43,373 bases of DNA from Nemertoderma westbladi (taxonomy: Eukaryota > Animalia > Xenacoelomorpha): NCBI GenBank assembly GCA_032718475.1, contig JAUCBJ010007441.1, forward strand, positions 1 through 43,373. Direction: 5' to 3'. Shown here piece after piece: positions 37,410-43,373 of the stretch. Within the stretch, counting starts at the first letter, position 1. Each line of letters begins with the position of its first letter. The notes under the pieces were generated by a model. That model did not search any database. It was not told the origin of the DNA and saw nothing but the letters and a program-made list of their open reading frames with translations. Position numbers and translations under genes: made by a program.

Positions 37410-40400
37410 GTTAGTATCAAAGGAACGATTAACCAATAGTAAACGCAGGTTAGTATCAAAGGGAAGATTAACCAATAGTAAACGCAGGTTAGTATCAAAG
37501 GAAAGATTAACCAATAGTAAACGCAGGTTAGTATCAAAGGGAAGATTAACCAATAGTAAACACAGGTTAGTATCAAAGGGAAGATTAACCAATAGTAAAC
37601 GCAGGTTAGTATCAAAGGAACGATTAACCAATAGTAAACGCAGGTTAGTATCAATGGGAAGATTAACCAATAGTAAACGCAGATTAGTATCAAAGGGAAG
37701 ATTAACCAATAGTAAACGCAGGTTAGTATCAAAGGGAAGATTAGCCAATAGTAAACGCAGGTTAGTATCAAAGGGAAGATTAGCCAATAGTAAATGCAGG
37801 TTAGTATCAAATGAACGATTAACCAATAGTAAACGCAGGTTAGTATCAAAGGGAAGATTAACCAATAGTAAACGCAGATTAGTATCAAAGGGAAGATTAA
37901 CCAATAGTAAACGCTGGTTAGAAACAAATGGAAGATTAACTAATAGTAAACGCAGGTTAGTATCAAAGGGAAGATTGGCCAATAGTAAACGCAGGTTAGT
38001 ATCAATGGGAAGATTAACCAATAGTAAACGCAGATTAGTATCAAAGGAACGATTAACCAATAGTAAACACAGGTTAGTATCAAAGGGAAGATTAACCAAT
38101 AGTAAACGCAGGTTAGTATCAAAGGAACGATTAACCAATAGTAAACGCAGGTTAGTATCAAAGGGAAGATTAACCAATAGTAAACGCAGGTTAGTATCAA
38201 AGGAAAGATTAACCAATAGTAAACGCAGGTTAGTATCAAAGGGAAGATTAACCAATAGTAAACACAGGTTAGTATCAAAGGGAAGATTAACCAATAGTAA
38301 ACGCAGGTTAGTATCAAAGGAACGATTAACCAATAGTAAACGCAGGTTAGTATCAATGGGAAGATTAACCAATAGTAAACGCAGATTAGTATCAAAGGGA
38401 AGATTAACCAATAGTAAACGCAGGTTAGTATCAAAGGGAAGATTAGCCAATAGTAAACGCAGGTTAGTATCAAAGGGAAGATTAGCCAATAGTAAATGCA
38501 GGTTAGTATCAAATGAACGATTAACCAATAGTAAACGCAGGTTAGTATCAAAGGGAAGATTAACCAATAGTAAACGCAGATTAGTATCAAAGGGAAGATT
38601 AACCAATAGTAAACGCTGGTTAGAAACAAATGGAAGATTAACTAATAGTAAACGCAGGTTAGTATCAAAGGGAAGATTGGCCAATAGTAAATGCAGGTTA
38701 GTATCAAAGGAACGATTAACCAATAGTAAACGCAGGTTAGTATCAAAGGGAAGATTAACCAATAGTAAACGCAGGTTAGTATCAAAGGGAAGATTAACCA
38801 TTAGTAAACACAGGTTAGTATCAAAGGGGAGATTAACCAATAGTAAACGCAGGTTAGTATCAAAGGAACGATTAACCAATAGTAAACGCAGGTTAGTATC
38901 AAAGGGAAGATTGGCCAATAGTAAATGCAGGTTAGTATCAAAGGAACGATAAACCAATAGTAAACGCAGGTTAGTATCAAAGGGAAGATTAACCAATAGT
39001 AAACGCAGGTTAGTATCAAAGGGAAGATTAACCAATAGTAAACACAGGTTAGTATCAAAGGGGAGATTAACCAATAGTAAACGCAGGTTAGTATCAAAGG
39101 AACGATTAACCAATAGTAAACGCAGGTTAGTATCAAAGGGAAGATTAACCAATAGTAAACGCAGGTTAGTATCAAAGGGAAGATTAACCAATAGTAAACG
39201 CAGGTTAGTATCAAAGGGAAGATTAGCCAATAGTAAACGCAGATTAGTATCAAAGGGAAGATTAACCAATAGTAAACGCAGGTTAGTATCAAAGGAAAGA
39301 TTAACCAATAGTAAACGCAGGTTAGTATCAAAGGAAAGATTAACCAATAGTAAACGCAGGTTAGTATCAAAGGGAAGATTAACCAATAGTAAATGCAGGT
39401 TAGTATCAAAGGAACGATTAACCAATAGTAAACGCAGGTTAGTATCAAAGGGAAGATTAACCAATAGTAAACGCAGGTTAGTATCAAAGGGAAGATTAAC
39501 CAATAGTAAACGCAGATTAGTATCAAAGGGAAGATTAACCAATAGTAAACACAGGTTAGTATCAAAGGGGAGATTAACCAATAGTAAACGCAGGTTAGTA
39601 TCAAAGGAACGATTAACCAATAGTAAACGCAGGTTAGTATCAAAGGGAAGATTAGCCAATAGTAAACGCAGGTTAGTATCAAAGGGAAGATTAACCAATA
39701 GTAAACGCAGGTTAGTATAAAAGGAAAGATTAACCAATAGTAAACACAGGTTAGTATCAAAGGGGAGATTAACCAATAGTAAACGCAGGTTAGTATCAAA
39801 GGAACGATTAACCAATAGTAAACGCAGGTTAGTATCAAAGGGAAGATTAACCAATAGTAAACGCAGGTTAGTATCAAAGGGAAGATTAACCAATAATAAA
39901 CGCAGGTTAGTATCAACGGGAAGATTAACCAATAGTAAACGCAGGTTAGTATCAAAGGAAAGATTAACCAATAGTAAACGCAGGTTAGTATCAAAGGGAA
40001 GATTAACCAATAGTAAACGCAGGTTAGTATCAAAGGGAAGATTAACCAATAGTAAACGCAGGTTAGTATCAAAGGAAAGATTAACCAATAGTAAACACAG
40101 GTTAGTATCAAAGGGGAGATTAACCAATAGTAAACGCAGGTTAGTATCAAAGGAACGATTAACCAATAGTAAACGCAGGTTAGTATCAAAGGGAAGATTA
40201 ACCAATAGTAAACGCAGGTTAGTATCAAAGGGAAGATTAGCCAATAGTAAACGCAGGTTAGTATCATAGGGAAGATTAACCAATAGTAAACGCAGGTTAG
40301 TATCAAAGGAAAGATTAACCAATAGTAAACGCAGGTTAGTATCAAAGGGAAGATTAACCAATAGTAAATGCAGGTTAGTATCAAAGGGAAGATTAACCAA

Positions 40401-41370
40401 TAGTAAACGCAGGTTAGTATCAAAGGGAAGATTAACCAATAGTAAACGCAGGTTAGTATCAAAGGGAAGATTGGCCAATAGTAAACGCAGGTTAGTATCA
40501 AAGGGAAGATTAACCAATAGTAAACGCAGATTAGTATCAAAGGGAAGATTAACCAATAGTAAACGCAGATTAGTATCAAAGGGAAGATTAACCAATAGTA
40601 AACGCAGATTAGTATCAAAGGGAAGATTAACCAATAGTAAACGCAGGTTAGTATCAAAGGGAAGATTAACCAATAGTAAACGCAGGTTAGTATCAATGGG
40701 AAGATTAACCAATAGTAAACGCAGGTTAGTATCAAAGGGAAGATTAACCAATAGTAAACGCAGGTTAGTATCAAAGGGAAGATTAACCAATAGTAAACGC
40801 AGGTTAGTATCAAAGGGAAGATTAACCAATAGTAAACGCAGGTTAGTATCAAAGGGAAGATTGGCCAATAGTAAATGCAGGTTAGTATCAAAGGGAAGAT
40901 TAACCAATAGTAAACGCAGGTTAGTATCAAAGGGAAGATTAACCAATAGTAAACGCAGATTAGTATCAAAGGGAAGATTAACCAATAGTAAACGCAGGTT
41001 AGTATCAAAGGGAAGATTAGCCAATAGTAAACGCAGGTTAGTATCAAAGGAAAGATTAACCAATAGTAAACGCAGGTTAGTATCAAAGGGAAGATTAACC
41101 AATAGTAAACGCAGGTTAGTATCAAAGGGAAGATTAGCCAATAGTAAACGCAGGTTAGTATCAAAGGGAAGATTAACCAATAGTAAACGCAGGTTAGTAT
41201 CAAAGGAAAGATTAACCAATAGTAAACGCAGGTTAGTATCAAAGGGAAGATTAACCCATAGTAAACGCAGGTTAGTATCAAAGGGAAGATTAGCCTATAG
41301 TAAACGCAGGTTAGTATCAAAGGGAAAATTAACCAATAGTAAACGCAGGTTAGTATCAAAGGAAAGATTA
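37388..41370 (+). repeat. 39-bp tandem array (102 copies) made from the end of DLST exon 6 plus its splice donor
   Basis: Unit gattaaccaatagtaaacgcag|gttagtatcaaagggaa. First donor at 37409, last at 41348; the difference is 3939 = 101 x 39. Confidence 0.97.
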
Positions 41371-41407
41371 CTGGTTTGGTTTACTGATTAGACTAAAGAT
41401 TACTGAT

Positions 41408-43373
41408 TAGGTTTGCTGGAACAGTTACAGCTGATGATGTTAAAGGGTACCTGTCACACGACAATCTTCCCTTCATCGACGTTGTTCCGATCTCGAACCG
41501 ACAGAATTCCGAACCAAACGCATTCGGCGACCTAACACGCGCTTTTCATCTTACCTGTACACAGGACAACCGTACACAGCTCATGGATCCAGGCAAGTGG
41601 GAAGACGGTGTTTTAATACGGAACTATCGCCTTTCAGACACCGAACGTTCTCAGTTTAACCTTCGACCACGCCGCGATCCCACTGCTACTGCCGACTCCT
41701 CGGCAGCTCCTCCACATCCTGTTGGATCGGAGTGACTTGAGGGTAACGCTTCCAATGATAACTGTAGTGACTCTCTTAAGTTATGCTATATTAATCCATG
41801 GTCAATAGTTAACAAGACATCTCAGACTCGTTTATTCGTCGAGGATAATAACTTTGATATTCTAGGAATTGCTGAAACTTGGCTTACTGTACACGATTTT
41901 TGCAACAGTGTAACTACTCAGCTCACCCCAAATACTCACAACTTAGACCATAAACCACGATTAACTAGAGGAGGTGGGGTTGGGATACTCCACCGCAAGG
42001 AACTAAAAGGCTGTTTATCCTCTCTTAATTTTAATGAAAATTATACGTCGTTCGAGAACATTGCTATTAATATCAAAACAACAGTCGGTCCAATTAGATT
42101 TGTTGTAGTATATCGTCCTTCTCCACTAGTCAGCGGCGAACTATATAATTGCTTCCTAGATGAATTTAATTATTTTCTTTCTGCGTTATTTACCGATTCA
42201 ACTGTAGATACAATTGTAGTCGGCGACCTAAATATTCACCTCGATGAGAATTCGAATGCAACCAACCGCTTCAGAGATTTGTTAGAATCCCTTTGTCTGA
42301 AACAATTGGTCAACTCCCCCACGCACCGATCTGACCATCTCCTCGATGTTATTATTACACATACCAGTACCATCGATATGATAGATATAGAGTCTATAAA
42401 CATGGATGATAACAATCCGTTATATCCAGACCATTACCCTGTTTCTTTTACTTTGAATATCCTACGGCGCCCGGTGTCCCATACTACAAAGCCGTCAACG
42501 AAAGTGTTGCATCGATCCTGGAAGAAATGTAACTTAGATCTTCTACGTGATATGCTGGATGTTACATTTGATCCCAGTTTAACTGTCACTGAACTTTGTA
42601 GTGAATACAATGATCATCTAACTAATATCGCCTCTATTATTTCTCCTGAAAAATCTACCGTTTTCAAACCTAGACCCTCTACCCCTTGGTTTACTGCTGA
42701 GTTGAAACTACTCCGGAATAAAAAGCGCAAACTTGAGCGGCGTTTCAGGAAACATCGCACCAGCGAGAACCGAACTGTATACAGAAATAGTTGCAAAGAA
42801 TATTATACCAGATGTGGAGAGATATCTTCAGAATTCTACTCTTCGAAATTGTCAACGAACTCCACTAGTGAACTGTTCAGCTTTGTCAAATCTCTCTCAA
42901 CCAACTCCCCGCGTCTCCCAGATTCAGAGGATGATTCTATGTTAGCCAATGAATTTGCCGATTTCTTTGAGGAAAAGGTAAATAAATTCCGTGACTCAGC
43001 ACCTGCAACACCCACCGTACCAGATCATCCGTCTAGTGATTTTAACTCGAAGTGGGAAAAATTCACTATCCCGACGGCACAGGAGACCAAACAGATTATT
43101 AGTAACATGAAACCTACAACGTGTTCCTCCGATCCTATCCCAACTGAAATCCTAAAAAAGGTCCCAGAGCAATGGATTCCGATTGTTCATAAAATAACAT
43201 CAACTTCTCTTGAACGCGGTGAATTCCCATCCAATGGTAAACAAGCGATTCTCCGTCCACTACTAAAGAAAGCTAAACTCGACCATCAAAACAAGAAAAA
43301 CTACAGACCAGTTTCAAACTTATCTTTCCTTTCTAAGATCATTGAAAAACACGCTGCTCTCCAACTGATTGAC
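41408..43373 (+). mobile_element. 5'-truncated L2/CR1-group LINE: end of ORF1 and an uninterrupted ORF2 running off the window
   Basis: ORF1 tail ...TADDVKGYL...AFHLTC...LMDPGKWEDGVLIRNY ends at TGA 41733-41735. ORF2 has APE motifs (CYINPWSIVNK, GIAETWL, RGGGVGI, VVYRP, VGDLNIH, PTH...LDV, PDHYPV), then PWFT, DPIPT, PLLKK..LD...NYRPVSNLSFLSKIIEK. I found no stop from 41736 to 43373. Confidence 0.92.

Noticed and set aside
30565-41370. CRISPR-like arrays (32-39 bp repeats)
   Set aside because: Head-to-tail units with no unique spacers, no cas genes, and a eukaryotic intronic context.
37362-41391. 1285-, 852-, 432- and 306-aa repeat ORFs (LRR-like or Cys/Trp-rich looking)
   Set aside because: Alternative-frame and antisense readings of the 39-bp array, whose origin is explained by DLST exon 6.

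Overview
Animal (probably invertebrate) genomic DNA with AT-rich introns. Most of the window is the 5' two-thirds of a DLST gene (2-oxoglutarate dehydrogenase E2, + strand). I can place six exons from 10378 to 37409, all joining in phase, and the gene continues past the window. Three genes are nested in its introns: FAHD1 (antisense), TBCB and SNX6-like (both same strand). A TCTEX1D2/DYNLT2B gene with an X-box/forkhead promoter lies upstream on the - strand. The most unusual signal is that three DLST splice sites have themselves been amplified into tandem arrays: 71 x 69 bp and 102 x 39 bp containing a donor, and about 6.5 x 30 bp containing seven in-frame acceptors. The giant ORFs in the track are artefacts of these arrays. 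The window also holds four other minisatellites, two large LINEs (one with ORF1 and ORF2 in frame across a single TGA), an RTE fragment, a SINE-like element, several MITEs, and an excess of TA-x-TA motifs that look like DNA-transposon excision footprints. All family calls come from motif recognition by eye; no searches were run.
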